The notes under the pieces: model-generated
The model's input: only the letters and a program-made list of their open reading frames with translations
What the model was told of the DNA's origin: nothing
The model's database searches: none
Shown here: piece by piece, positions 1 through 13,077 of the stretch
Numbering within the stretch: the first letter of the stretch is position 1
How the letters are laid out: each line of letters opens with the position of its first letter
NCBI GenBank assembly: GCA_964016885.1
Contig: OZ024765.1
Location: 17,484,001-17,548,000 of the forward strand
Direction of reading: 5' to 3'
Source of the DNA: Eledone cirrhosa
Taxonomy: Eukaryota
DNA: 64,000 bases
Translations under genes and position numbers: made by a program

Positions 1-437
1 TGTGATACTGGTAAAAATGGTGTACATTATTTGATATTTTCAGTAATTGCCAAAAACGATTCTCTCAATAGAACATCAAAAACATTAATAATAAAAGGGG
101 TGAAATGATATATAGTAATGTCATAACACCAAGGTGTGTGTGAGTTTCCAGATTGTACGTACTGTAAGGGGAATCCATTAGGCCCTGCCGTATGGGAATA
201 CTTGTGTACAAATATGTATGTGCCCATCATGTGCAATGCATGTGTGCGTATACGTGTGTCTGTCGGCACGTTTATATCTATAGACATCAAAAGGTATGCA
301 AATTTGTGTATATTTGTGTTGCACCATAGAACATGTGTCTTTACGTATGTCATTGTGTTTATATGTGTATAGAGATGTATGTAGGATGTATGCTGATGTA
401 GGTATGTATGTTGACGTGTGTATTTTGTGGATTCGTC

Positions 438-2700
438 TTAGGGAGAAGTGTTTAGACGGGGTCCGTATTTGTTAATAAAGTGAGATTCCATGCTGATGCG
501 TTGGGTGTGGGTGGCATTATCTTTAAATTTGTAGAGGGGAAAGATTCTAAAGTTGGGATGATTTTGGGCGGCACAGGTATCAATGTGTTCACTCAGTGCT
601 ATTTTCCTGTATTCCCGTATTTTAATTTGGGATCTATGGACAGTCATGCGTTGGCGGAGGCTGTTTTTGGTATGGCCTATGTATTGTTCTCGACAACCTG
701 AGCAAGTTAATACATATATTAGATTTTCTGATGCGCATGCGAAATTGTGTTTTACTATAAAACGTTGTCCTTCTTTGAAATAGAATTCCGAACCCTCTAT
801 TAGGTTGATGCATATGCCACAGTTGGGTCTATCGCATTTTTTTACTGTGGGTTTCGTTGTTGTGGTTGGCAGTACTTTGGCATGCGTTAGGATGTTTTCC
901 ATTGACTTAAATTGACTTTTGCTCTTTATTATATCGTGCGTTCGAAGGATTTGGTTCATTCTATGGTCCTTTTTTAACACAGGTATGTTCTGGAGGATGG
1001 TGCCAAAGGCATCATTGTTGAGGGGGTTGTGTGTGGAGATGTATGGAAGAGCTTTTAGTTTCGGTTGATTTACTTTAGGGTGTCTAAAGTCCTGGGTACT
1101 GAGTTTTAGGGCACGTTGGATTCCATTGTCAATTAGTGATGCAGGGTACTCCCTGCCTATGAGTGTGTCCTTTAGTTCTTGTAGCCGTAAGTAGCAGGTG
1201 TTTTTATTGGAGACTATAGTACAGATTCTCTTGGCTAAGTTGTAGGGAATATTAATTTTAACGTGTCTAGGGTGGCAAGAGTTGAAAGGAAGATATTGCT
1301 TGGAGTCTGTGGGCTTGTAGTATATGTCTGTTTCTATTTTTTTGTTATGAATCTTAATGAGGATGTCGAGGAAGAGGAGTTGTTGATGGCTGTATTCCAT
1401 CGTAAAGTTAATATTCGTGTTGAGCCCATTTATAAGGTGTGAAATTAATTAAGTTTCTCGATGTTTTCGTGCCAAAGGATGAAGCATTTATCTAGATATC
1501 GCTTCCAGTTATTTTCTATGTGTAAGTGGAGAGTGTTTCCAAATGTGTTTAGTACTTTAGTTTAGAGGGTATTCAATGACTAGGTTGACATAAGTGGGGG
1601 GTGTTTTCATTCCCATAGCGGTCCCAGATTTCTGCCTGTAGGATTTGTTATTGAAAACGAAGTAATTGTTCTCCAAGATAAATTTGAGTCCCTCTATCAC
1701 GAATTCTTTTTTGATGCGTTGTGAGAGTTCATTGTGGTAATTATGCAGTCAGAATTGGATAGCTTCTATTCCTAGGTTGTGGGGGATGTTGGAGTATAGG
1801 TTGACTACATCGAACGTCACTAGTAGGGTTTGTTCAGAAAGGGGCATATTAGGGAGGTGATTGAGCATATCTAGGTCGTCCCTTATATAGCTTTTGATGT
1901 GCTTGAGAAAAAGGCTTGAGAAGCGTATCAATGAAGTTGCTAAGGCGGTGGGTTTCGCAAGCGGGGCCTGCTATTATAGGTCTTAATTTGAGATCATTGG
2001 GTGAGGGGACATTGATGATTATGTCTGTGGCTTCCTTGCATGCCTTACTTATTAATTCGCTTTTATGTACTCTAGGGATACCGTAGAAAAGGCTGGATTT
2101 ACTTGTGAAGTCTGTGATGAAGCTGAATTCCTTGTTAGTGAGTCCTTCTTTGTATTGGTTGATCAGAGTTTTTAGGTTTCTCATAATTTTCTGTTGATTG
2201 TAGTGTTCAGCCTTTTCGCAATATGTTTCGTTTTCCAAAGTGGAGAGCGCTAAGTTGATATAAAATTCTGTTTCCATTAGGACTACTGTACTCCTTTTAT
2301 CAGCCTCTTTAATTGTAATGGTTCTGTCGGTTTTTAATCTATTTAATTCTTCCAATTCTTTCTTGTTGAAGTTTGGCTTGTGTTTTTGTCTGTGCAAGTG
2401 TTGGTAAGGGAAGTTTGTGATGTGTTCACAGAATTCGTCCAGGATTTTATTTCTACCTTTTGATGGGGTGTAGTTGCTTCTATTTCTGGCTAATGATTCA
2501 TCCTCATTGTACTGGTCGAATAGTTCTTCACTGAGTCGTAACTTTCTACAGAAGTCTGTGATGTCTTCCTTCATTTCATAGTAGTTAGGATATAGTGGGT
2601 CGGTGTGAATTTAAGACCTTTGGATAGTAAGTTGATAAGGTTGGGTGTTGGTTCTGCACTAGTTATATTGATAATTTTTATTACTCTCGGTTTCTCCTCA
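438..2700 (-). mobile_element. Penelope-like retroelement, frameshifted pol ORF (reverse transcriptase plus C-terminal GIY-YIG endonuclease)
   Basis: ORF pieces 1849-2574 (IKEADKR..VV, FYGIPRVHK, LRPIIAG), 1749-1931 (LVTFDVVNLYSNIPH), GTAMG near 1610-1630 and WKRYLDKC near 1485-1510. ORF 438-1400 has FLDI, YYKPT, CDRPNCGIC and NLIYVLTCSGC..QYIGHT..RQRM..H (GIY-YIG). Frameshifts and YLDD>YLDK indicate an inactive copy. Confidence 0.93.
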
Positions 2701-2875
2701 ATGTCTTATGTTATTTTGTTTGCCTGTATCTGTGTGCTGTGTCTAAAAAATGGTTGGGGTGGAGGGGTTGTCTGCTGATGTTAAGTGGTCTCCTGTGTTT
2801 GTTATATTCCTTGTTGTTGTAAAATGTGGTTCGGGTTCGTGGTTGTGGATTGAATGGGGTGTTCCTGTATTGCGA

Positions 2876-3386
2876 GTATGTATATATATGTATATATATA
2901 TATACATAAATGTATATATATATATATATATACATAAATGTATATATATATATATACATAAATGTATATATATATATATATACATAAATGTATATATATA
3001 TATATACATAAATGTATATATATATATATACATAAATGTATATATATATATATACATAAATGTATATATATATATATACATAAATGTATATATATATATA
3101 CATAAATGTATATATATATATACATAAATGTATATATATACATAAATGTATATATATATATACATAAATGTATATATGTGTATACATAAATGTATATATA
3201 TATACACATAAATGTATATATATATACATAAATGTATATATATATATACATAAATGTATATATATATACATAAATGTATATATATATATACATAAATGTA
3301 TATATATATATACATAAATGTATATATATATATACATAAATGTATATATATATATACATAAATGTATATATATATATACATAAATG

Positions 3387-3425
<39 letters not shown>

Positions 3426-3457
3426 ATATATACATACATATATACATATAAATATAC

Positions 3458-3493
<36 letters not shown>

Positions 3494-3525
3494 GTATATA
3501 CATACATATATACATATAAATATAC

Positions 3526-3566
<41 letters not shown>

Positions 3567-3584
3567 CATACATATATACATATA

Positions 3585-3630
<46 letters not shown>

Positions 3631-3981
3631 CATACATATATACATATAAATATATATATATATATGTATATACATACATATATACATATAAATATATATA
3701 TATATATGTATATACATACATATATACATATAAATATACATATATATATATACATATATATATATACATATATATATACATATATATATATACATATATA
3801 TATATACATATATATATATACATATATATATATACATATATACATATATATATACATATATATACATATATATATATACATATATACATATATATATACA
3901 TATATATATATACATATATATATATACATATACATACATACATATATATATATATACATATACATAAATATATATATATGT

Positions 3982-4012
<31 letters not shown>

Positions 4013-4170
4013 CATATATATATACATATATATATATATATACATATACATACATATATACATATACACATATACATATATATATATATACATATACATA
4101 TATATATATATATATATACATATATACATACATATACATATATATACATATACATATATATATATATATC
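2876..4170. repeat. Compound microsatellite: (TA)n-CATAAATG units followed by TATACA variants
   Basis: Read directly; it explains the YIYI pseudo-ORFs. Confidence 0.95.
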
Positions 4171-4820
4171 ATAAATATATCTTAGCATGTTCCTGCACAC
4201 ATATGTCTTGGGTAGCGCCCCGCCTATCTCTGCAACACGCTGTTCTGTGTGTATATAATTATGCTCTGCTGAGAATATTGGAGAAAAGGAACACCGCCGT
4301 TGTTGTTGGCACCGGGTTGTAATTTGCAGTATTTTAATAGAACATTAATATAACGACACCTGTGAGTAGAGAAATAGCTTAACAGCAACACCTGTGAGTT
4401 AATGGAATAACTAATATTTTACATCACCACAAAAATACACTCGCACAATTCTGGTCTGTGATTGTATGGGACCTTTACTTCTTTTGGGGTCGTACAGGTG
4501 CCACCGTTGTGATATTTTAGATATATTGCGGAGCCCTCCACCTTGTCAAGCTCTGGTGAATGTAGAGAGAGAGATATAGATAGATAGCGAGAGAGAGAGG
4601 GGGATTAAAGAGTTAGGGGGGATAAAGAGAGAGAGGAGGGATACAGAAAGAGAGAGAGAGGAGAGGGAAAGAGAGAGAGGGGGGTAAAGAAAGAGAGGGG
4701 CGATAAAGAGAGAGGGGAATAAAGAGAGACTGAGGATTAAGAGAGAGAGAAGGAGAGTGACAGGAATTGGGTGATGGCATAGAGAAGGAATGGAACCAAA
4801 ATCTTACTGGTATATATATG

Positions 4821-4872
4821 GGCTTTCCTGATGATTTCCTTCGAACGAAACAGTTCTAGTTCTGTAGAAGCC
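4821..4872 (+). ncRNA. Type I hammerhead ribozyme motif
   Basis: ggctttc CTGATGA t-ttc-cttc-gaa-c GAAA cag-ttctagtt-ctg TA gaagcc; same family as the copy at 58427. Confidence 0.75.
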
Positions 4873-5242
4873 ATTTCTATATTAAATTTCATGTTTTCAC
4901 CCTACTATACTATCGCGATTTTCTCGGCATAGGACTTGGAGTCTAGAGCCGAATGCTACCATTCTATTATACAACGATGTGAGACTGCTTTTTCTAATAA
5001 ACTATTTTTCTCTAACTCATTGATTTAGACACGTTGGCTGAGAGCTTATGACAGGAGCAGAACTATATGATTTCTAATCTCCTGCCATCACGTAAATTTG
5101 TAAATCGGTGGCCGGTCGGAGGACAGCATTGTATCAGATCCCAGTTGCTAATCACTTTACTGTGTTGGCTGCCACAAGCAGTCATAGACGGCATGGACTG
5201 GAGTCGAATTCTGTCGATGGATTAGTTATTGATTAGGCGAAA

Positions 5243-5353
5243 CCCGCTGATGAAGCCACATGCGCCGATTATGCATTGTTGCATAATATATGCGGACAAA
5301 GGGTGATATGCACGCTGCTGCTGCATTAAGTGTGGCCAAAACTTGAGTTCGGG
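5243..5353 (+). ncRNA. Degenerate hammerhead with long stem II (GAAA mutated to AAAA)
   Basis: cccg CTGATGA agccac...gtggcc AAAA cttgag TT cggg; homologous to 8096-8208 within a ~400 bp dispersed repeat. Confidence 0.55.
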
Positions 5354-5569
5354 AACTACTATAGGTACCCATTTCCGTGTGTTGTATTGTAGCGAATAAC
5401 TATGTGTATACTCTGGGAGTGTATTTAACATTACCTATTGAGTACGCTGATATGCAACCGGTCCTAGCATTGCTACCTATGCTGGGTCCGTCAACTTCTT
5501 ATTATATCACCTTGACCGACCAGTCTGTCGGACGCCGCTGGTCACAGCACGTCTGGCTGTTTTAGCCAT

Positions 5570-5750
5570 AAGATAACGCCACCCATTGGCTGGGCGGGCA
5601 GGCCGGTACTCATTTCTACAGATGAGTAAACTGGAGCAGCGTGAAATAAAGTGTCTTACTCAAGGAAACAACACATCACCGGGTGCGAGAATTGAACTCA
5701 CAACCTTTCGATTGCAAGCCCAATGCTCTAACCACTAAGCCATGCGCCTT
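5570..5750 (-). mobile_element. tRNA-derived SINE, family B (second copy at ~14620-14745)
   Basis: Reverse strand has tggcttagtggttagagc (A box), gagttcaattctc (B box) and ccttgagtaagacacttta. Confidence 0.7.
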
Positions 5751-5753
5751 CAC

Positions 5754-5892
<139 letters not shown>

Positions 5893-6179
5893 CAAGAGTA
5901 AACAATCTTAAAGAGAGAGATGGAGATAGGAGAGGAGAGATAGGTGATTTAGTTAGAAGCCAAAGCGTAAAGGCATGTGCTCAATGTGCAATATGCATTA
6001 GAAAGCAGCTAGGTGGCTGGGTTCATGCAGAAGTTAGGTGCGCAGAGCTGGAAATATTCATTAGTTAAGCAAAACAAGACAACAAATTTCACAAGGTAGA
6101 GATTATTAAAAGATTGTCAAGATATTTTATTTTGATGTAAGGAATGTAGAGAATAAGAATAATAATAATATTAATAATA

Positions 6180-6365
6180 ATTGTTTCTACTTTAGGCACA
6201 AGGCCAGCAATTACCCAGTGCATTACTGGTACTTTATTTTATCGACCCCGTAAGGATGAAAGGCAAAGTCAACCTCGGCGGGATTTGAACTCAGATCGTA
6301 AAGGGACGTAACTATGCTGGAAAGCATGGTGTCTGACCCTCTACCGATACTGCCAATCCACCGCT
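6180..6365 (-). mobile_element. tRNA-derived SINE, family A
   Basis: A-box-like tggcagtatcgg, B box gagttcaaatcc, conserved core ctttcatccttacggggtcgataaaataaagtaccagt and an (ATT)n tail; many copies in the window. Confidence 0.85.
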
Positions 6366-6393
6366 CCTAATAATATTAATAATAATAATGTCC

Positions 6394-6513
6394 GTTTACA
6401 ATTGTTTCGCTACTCCATATAATATTTCTGGATCAGATGACTATATATCATAATTGATCTGGTTCAGTTGAAAATAATTAACATATTGAAAAGACAGAGC
6501 GGCTCATCGGAAC
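6394..6513 (-). ncRNA. Hammerhead motif, CCGATGA core, 95-nt stem II
   Basis: Reverse strand: gtt CCGATGA gccgctct...ggagtagc GAAA c-aatt-g TA aac; palindromic ACAATTGT stem III. Confidence 0.65.
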
Positions 6514-6628
6514 TTCAAAGGAATATAAATTAAAATAATGAGAGAATGTTACATAATATAATGTTCCATATATTGGTTTTCACTATGGTGTCTTGGTTGC
6601 ATCACAACCGGACGGTTGTTCATATATT

Positions 6629-6669
6629 GTCAAAGTTTTTTCGTCACATTCTGTGACCTCTTCAGTGAC
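6629..6669 (-). ncRNA. Hammerhead motif with degenerate stem III
   Basis: Reverse strand: gtca CTGAAGA g-gtcac-agaat-gtgac GAAA aaac TT tgac; homolog at 58195. Confidence 0.55.
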
Positions 6670-6780
6670 TGGGGATTCTTTTCTTTGTTTTTGTGCCTTT
6701 CCTTTGTTCTGTCCTACGCCATCTTGTTTTTTTGTGTGTTGTGTGCTTAATTTGCGCATGTCTTACATCCAGCTGTCTGT

Positions 6781-6825
<45 letters not shown>

Positions 6826-7061
6826 GCAAAAGAGTCAGGGCGCCGACGGCTGTCTCCGGCCGTTTCGAAAGATAGATACGAATTAAGCTACCAGTATGCA
6901 CCAGTAGGAATACTGGTGGCTTAGTTCGGATCTAGCTGTCGAAACGGCCGTAGCTCAGCCGTCGGGGTCCTGACTCTTTTCCTATTACCCACTCTACTAC
7001 CTTAAGTATTGAGTACTCTGGTGCGTTATCGTCCACCTGGTATCTTGCCACACCCTCTTTG

Positions 7062-7109
<48 letters not shown>

Positions 7110-7113
7110 CAAA

Positions 7114-7300
7114 GCGCGGTGAATTGGCAGTATCGGTCGAGGGTTGGACGGCGTGCTTTCCAGCATAGTTACGTCCTTTTACGTTCATAGTTCAATTCCC
7201 GCCGTGGTTAACTTTGCCTTTCATCCTTACGGGGTCGATAAAATAAAGTACCAGTAATGTACTGGGGAAATTGCTGGCCTTGTGCCAAAAGTAGAAACGG
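7114..7300 (+). mobile_element. tRNA-derived SINE, family A
   Basis: Same head and core as 6180-6365, in the opposite orientation. Confidence 0.8.
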
Positions 7301-7352
<52 letters not shown>

Positions 7353-7445
7353 TAAAATAACAGATTACAGTTTAAGCAAAGAAGCGCTGCTTTCACCCTT
7401 AACGGGATCTTCTTTGGAATTTAGTCTTCAAATTTATTATTATAT

Positions 7446-7493
<48 letters not shown>

Positions 7494-7611
7494 CGAGGGA
7501 AAAGTGGTAAGGAACCAGGTGGACCATAACGCACCAAAGTACTCAATACTTAGGGTAGTAGAGTGGGTAATAGGAGTAAGTAAGACCCCGACTATATATA
7601 TATTTACACAT

Positions 7612-7652
<41 letters not shown>

Positions 7653-7721
7653 GGAGTAAGTATGACCCCAGAATTAGCCGTCGAAACGGCTTGAGCTCAG
7701 CCGTCGGGGTCTTACTTACTC

Positions 7722-7835
<114 letters not shown>

Positions 7836-8095
7836 ATATATATATATATATATACACAAAATGTATTAAGATAACAGGAAACCGGTCAGGTTATATTCCT
7901 TTAATGTGCCATGAATTTGACTTGTATCCATCACGGCAATTTCTGAACCAGTGGCCAATTGGTTGACGGTACTTGGTGACGCGAAGGATTTCAGTTGCTA
8001 CTGTACTACTGTTTCGCCTGTCAAATTTACTGACAGGGGCAGTGATATGGAGTGGAATCGATTACTCTCGATGGATTGGTTATTGATTAGACGAA

Positions 8096-8208
8096 ACCCG
8101 CTGATGAAGCCCCATGCACCTATTGTGCATTATTGCATAATAAATGCAGACAATTGATGCTATACGCTATCTTGTTACATTAAGTGTGGCCGAAACACGA
8201 GTACGGGT
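8096..8208 (+). ncRNA. Hammerhead motif with 84-nt stem II domain
   Basis: acccg CTGATGA agcc...ggcc GAAA cacgag TA cgggt; perfect 5-bp stem I. Confidence 0.7.
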
Positions 8209-8609
8209 ATAGCTTTGTGGTACCCATTTACGTGTGTTATATCTTGGTAAATAACCTTCTGTCTACTCTGGGATTTATACATAGCCTTACTTATCGAGTA
8301 CGCTGAGATGCAACCAGTACTAGCAGGGAATCCTTATGCTACTCCCTCAAATTATTCTTCTTCTCTCCCGCCGAGGTTGACTTTGCCTTTCAAACTTACG
8401 GGGTTGATAAAATAAAAGTACCAGTAATGCACTGGGTAATTGCTGGCCTTGTGCCTAAAGTAGAAACAATTATTATAATATATATATATATATATATATA
8501 GTAATAATAATAAATGTGAAGACTAAAATCCGAAGAGGGCTCGATAAGGATAAATATATATCAAATATATAAGAACCCTAGAGAAAATATTTATTAAAAT
8601 ACAGATTAA

Positions 8610-8660
8610 AGTTTAAGCAAAGAATCGCTGCTTTCACCCTTAACGGGATCTTCTGAAACT
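8610..8660 (-). ncRNA. Hammerhead-like motif with CAGAAGA core (copies at ~7370-7415 and 63814-63864)
   Basis: Reverse strand: agttt CAGAAGA t-ccc-gttaa-ggg-t GAAA gca-gcgattctt-tgc TT aaact. Confidence 0.6.
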
Positions 8661-8758
8661 CAGAAGATCCTGTTATTTTAATATATATATATGTGTATGT
8701 GTCTGTGTGTATATATATATATATAATTGGTTATGCACGAGTGCATTAATGTTTTCTA

Positions 8759-8873
8759 TCTCTGATGATATGGGATCGATTGTGAATTGGATATCGAAAG
8801 CTCTACTAAATATATAATATTATAGATGTAGCGAGATCTAGGCAAATTGATGTCTATTGAAACGTACGTAAGA
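8759..8873 (+). ncRNA. Hammerhead motif with 90-nt stem II
   Basis: tct CTGATGA [imperfect hairpin] GAAA c-gtac-g TA aga, then AATAAA at 8878. Confidence 0.6.
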
Positions 8874-8917
8874 ACCGAATAAATCTCTTTTACTGCATCT
8901 TTCTGTTCTTTTTAATT

Positions 8918-8971
<54 letters not shown>

Positions 8972-9118
8972 GGATGTGTATGATTGTGTATAGAAGATTA
9001 TATTAATAAGAGAAATTCCAACTTTGTCTGATTTACTCGTTTTATTTATAATCCTTTAAAATATATAATGGTATTATAATGAAACAGTATGGTAGAATAT
9101 TAAATGTTAAGTGTTAAT

Positions 9119-9157
9119 TGAACAAGTACTTTCATGCTTTCGCAATCTTCAGGTTCA
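9119..9157 (-). ncRNA. Minimal hammerhead in the left arm of inverted repeat 9001-9430
   Basis: Exact reverse complement of 9272-9310. Confidence 0.8.
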
Positions 9158-9271
9158 TAATATGTGGTGACAGTCAAGTTTGCAATTTTCAACTGTTGAA
9201 AAGGTGTGAGGAGCGTATAGCATCAAATTTCCACAGTTGAAAATTGCAAACTTGACTGTCACCACATATTA

Positions 9272-9310
9272 TGAACCTGAAGATTGCGAAAGCATGAAAG
9301 TACTTGTTCA
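9272..9310 (+). ncRNA. Minimal type I hammerhead
   Basis: tgaac CTGAAGA t-tgc-GAAA-gca-t GAAA g-ta-c TT gttca; GNRA-capped stem II and palindromic AAGTACTT stem III. Confidence 0.8.
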
Positions 9311-9454
9311 ATTAACACTTAGAATTTAATATTCTATCATACTATTTCATTATAATACCATTATAAATGTTAAAGGATTGTAAATAAAACGAGTAAATCA
9401 GACAAAGCTGGAATTCCTCTTATTAATATATATATACATATATATATATATATA

Positions 9455-10345
9455 TTAGTTTAGCGAGGTTTTTTATATGAAATCGTGTGTCGAAACAAAT
9501 ATAAACACACACTAGTCACCCAGCAGACACAGCACTATACACACTAGTCACACAGCAAACGTAACACTATACACACACGCAAACGCATGCGCAAAGAAGA
9601 CAAAATAAAATAAACAAACAAGCAAATAAATAAATAAATATATAGACAGACTGAATAAAAAATGGCGTAGACATACAACACAACAGGAGGAAAAAATATA
9701 ACACCACTGACGATGTTGCAGATGTGCAACGAAAGATTTATGTAAATTATGTAAACTATATATATGTGTTTGTGTCTATATTGTATCTGTATTATTTTTG
9801 ACCGTCGGTCAGTCAATGGCAACATTGAGGACCGATTAAGTTAGATCGCAGATATAAAAGACAGCGAGAAGCGAAAACCAACCAAACAGTGAGTGTGTTC
9901 TGTTATTAATTCTGGCAATATTACACAAATATGACCCTCCCCAAGTATAACAATATATATATATTTATATTTATCGCTTCTCGCTTCTGTGTCTTTTATA
10001 TCGGTAATCTAACTTACTCGGTTCTCAATGTTGCCATTGACTGACCGACGGTAAAAAATAATACAGATACAATATAGACACAAACACTATATATATAGTT
10101 TATCATAAATCTTTCGTTGCACATCTGCAACATCGTCGGTCAGTCAATGGCAACATTGAGGACCGAGTAAGTTAGATTAGCGATATAAAAGACACAGAAG
10201 CGAGAAGCGAAAACCAACCAAACAGTGAGTGTGTTCTGTTATTAATTCTGGCAATATTACACAAATATGACCCTCCCCAAGTATAACAATATTTGTTTCG
10301 ACACACGATATCATATAAAAAACCTCGCAAAACTAATTTCTCGCC
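9455..10345. repeat. Unclassified dispersed repeat, rearranged into direct and inverted segments
   Basis: 9700-9880 is inverted at 9970-10140; 9805-9950 is duplicated at 10135-10290; the end segments (tcgtgtgtcgaaacaaat / atttgtttcgacacacga) are inverted. A related piece lies at ~57975-58080. Confidence 0.6.
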
Positions 10346-10565
10346 GCTATATATATATATATATATGTAAGTATGTATGTATACGTACATACATATATGT
10401 ATACAGACGTACAGTAGCATGCATATATATACATATATACATACATATATACATATATACATATATACATACATATACTCGATATGCAAATTAGGCTGCT
10501 CAGCCGTTAATTTTCATAAGGAAAGTATATACTTTCGAACGTTCAACTATCTGGCAGATGGGTAT

Positions 10566-10608
10566 ACGGTGCTGATGATAGCTAACAAGCTTGAAACTAG
10601 TACATCGT
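10566..10608 (+). ncRNA. Minimal type I hammerhead
   Basis: acggtg CTGATGA t-agct-aaca-agct-t GAAA c-ta-g TA catcgt; palindromic ACTAGT stem III. Confidence 0.8.
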
Positions 10609-11389
10609 TCCTGTGTCAGTGTTGAACAAAAAGGTGACGTGGTTGCCTTAACACCGTGCGGCATAAATTCAGGCTGTTCAGTTTGTTTACAAACGAGTAA
10701 AGCGGCGTTATAATAAGCGTCCGCTAAACTGATACGTGCATATATGTATTTGTACCTGTATGCATATATGTATATATATATATATATATGCATGCTACTG
10801 TACGTCTGTATACATATATGTATGTACGTATACATACATACTTACATTTAAGTAAGTGCCATACTAAGAGTGAGAAATGAAATTTCGTTTTCATTTTATT
10901 ACAACTTATATATATATATATATATATAACGAAGGAAAAGTGGTAAGGAACCAGGTGGACCATAACGCACCAAAGTACTCAATACTTAGGGTAGTAGAGT
11001 GGGTAATAGTAGTGGGTAGTAGAGTGGGTAATAGAGTGTGTAGTAGAGTGAGTAACAGTCCAGAATTAGCCGTCGAAACGGCTTGAGCTCAGCCGTCGGG
11101 GTCTTACTTGTTCCTATATATATATATATATATATATATACGTGTATCAACCTCGAAAGAATGATAAGCAAAGTTGACCTCAGTGGGTTTGAACTCACAT
11201 CGCAGAGAACCGGAACGAATACCGCAAGGTATTTTAATCCAAATTTCTTCTCAAAACTCTGCCAATTCGTTGCCATATGTACAAGAAACGAAAACAACCA
11301 CTAAGACTAACAGATTCTTTCTGGTCTAGCCTCGTCTGAGTCTAGACAGTTATCAGCTGAGTTGGCTACGAGCTTGACTGTGAGGGTGG

Positions 11390-12470
11390 GATGCAGAGGG
11401 TGGGGCTGGCTGATGCAGAAGGGTGGGGCTGGCTGATGCAGAAGGGTGGGAGTGTGAATGGTTGGTGGGATAGGGTGTGGATGGTGGGTGGGAGATAGGG
11501 TGTGATGGTGGGTGGGAGATAGGGTGTGGATGGTGAGAGCGGTAATGGTGTCTCGGGTTATGGATGGTGGCGGCGGTGGCGGCGGCGGTGGTGGGATGGT
11601 GTGGGGGTGTGGGTGATGGTTTTGGGGGGTGAGGTGTGAATGGTGGAGGCGATTTGTGAGAGCGATGGTGGTGTCGGGTGTGGATGGTGGCGGTGGTGGC
11701 GGTGGTGGTGGCGGCGGTGGTGGGATGATGGGGGTGTGAGCGATGGTGGTGTCGGGTGTGGATGGTGGCGGTGGTGGTGGCGGCGGCGGCGGTGGCGGGA
11801 TGTGGGTGATGGTTTGGGGGTGAGGTGTGAATGGTGGAGGCGATGGTGAGAGCGATGGTGGGGTATGGGTGTGGGTGGTGGTGGCGTGAGGTGTGGATGG
11901 TGGTGGCGATGTTGAGAGCGATGGTGATGTGAGGTGTGGCTGCTGGTGGCGATGTTGAGAGCGATGGTGGGTGGGGGTGTTGGTTGTGGCGGTGAGGATG
12001 AGAGCGATGGTGGTGTGAGGTGTAGGATGGTGAGAGCGATGGATGGGTGGGGTGTGTGAATTGTGGTGACGAGGGTGGGGTGTGATTGGTGGTGGTGGTG
12101 GTGGCGTGGGGTGGGATGGAGTGCGGATGGTATTGGCGATGGTGGGATGTGTTACGCGATGGCTCTTGGTGTTGATGATGTGGTGGGTGGTGGTGGTGGT
12201 GTTGGTGGTGGTGGTGGTGTTGTGGATGGTGGTGGTGGTATTGTTGGTGGTGGTGGTGGTATTGTTGGTGGGTGGTGGTGGTATTGTTGTTGGTGGTGGT
12301 GGTGGTGATGTGGATGGTGGGGGTCGACGGTTTTGTTAAGGATGGGGGATGGGTGGTGGTGTTGGTTATGGCAGAAATGGTGGTGGCGGCGGTGATGATG
12401 TTGATGGTAGGAGTGATAATGGTCGTGGTGGTGGTGGTGGTGATGGTAATGGTAGCTTCTTAGTGGTAGT
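11390..12470. repeat. (GGT)n-rich low-complexity tract
   Basis: Degenerate GGT/GAT trinucleotide repeats, followed by (CA)n. Confidence 0.9.
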
Positions 12471-12615
12471 TTTACACACACACACACATACATACAGACA
12501 CACACACAGACACAGATACATACACACACACATACACACAGACAGACACACACACACACATACATACACACACACACACATACAAACACACAGACACAAT
12601 GTGTGTTTATGTATG

Positions 12616-12965
12616 TACGAGGGTAGGCTGAAATTCGTAGGCTGACTTTGAAGGAGTGATGTTAGAGCTGTGAAATCTTGCATGCATTAATTTCAACTCT
12701 TCATGTTAATAACTACATTATTTCTTTCCCGAGAGTCGGACGCCATGCTTTCCAGTATAGTTACGTCCCTTTACGATCTGAGTTCAAATCCCGCCGAGGT
12801 TGACTTTGCCTTTCATCCTTACGGGATGCACTGGGTTATTGCTGGCCTTGTGCCTAAAGTTGAAACAATTATTTCTTTCCAGGGTCTATGTTGAAAAATA
12901 AACCCCATTTGATCATTCCATGAGAGTATCTTGGTCAGCCTCTGAACATTTCAGCCGACCTTCAT
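12616..12965. mobile_element. Probable Tc1/mariner-derived non-autonomous element interrupted by a family A SINE (12733-12870)
   Basis: Left end TA-CGAGGGtaggctgaaa and an imperfect inverted right end ttcagccgaccttcat; TACGAGGG is a typical mariner terminus. Confidence 0.5.
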
Positions 12966-12996
12966 TTGTATGTGTGTGTGTATGTGTTTTTGTGTG

Positions 12997-13077
<81 letters not shown>

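Noticed and set aside
2711-4322. Long YIYI/HTYI ORFs (also 15977-20242 and 45708-48958)
   Set aside because: Stop-free translations of TA/CATA microsatellites, open in most frames.
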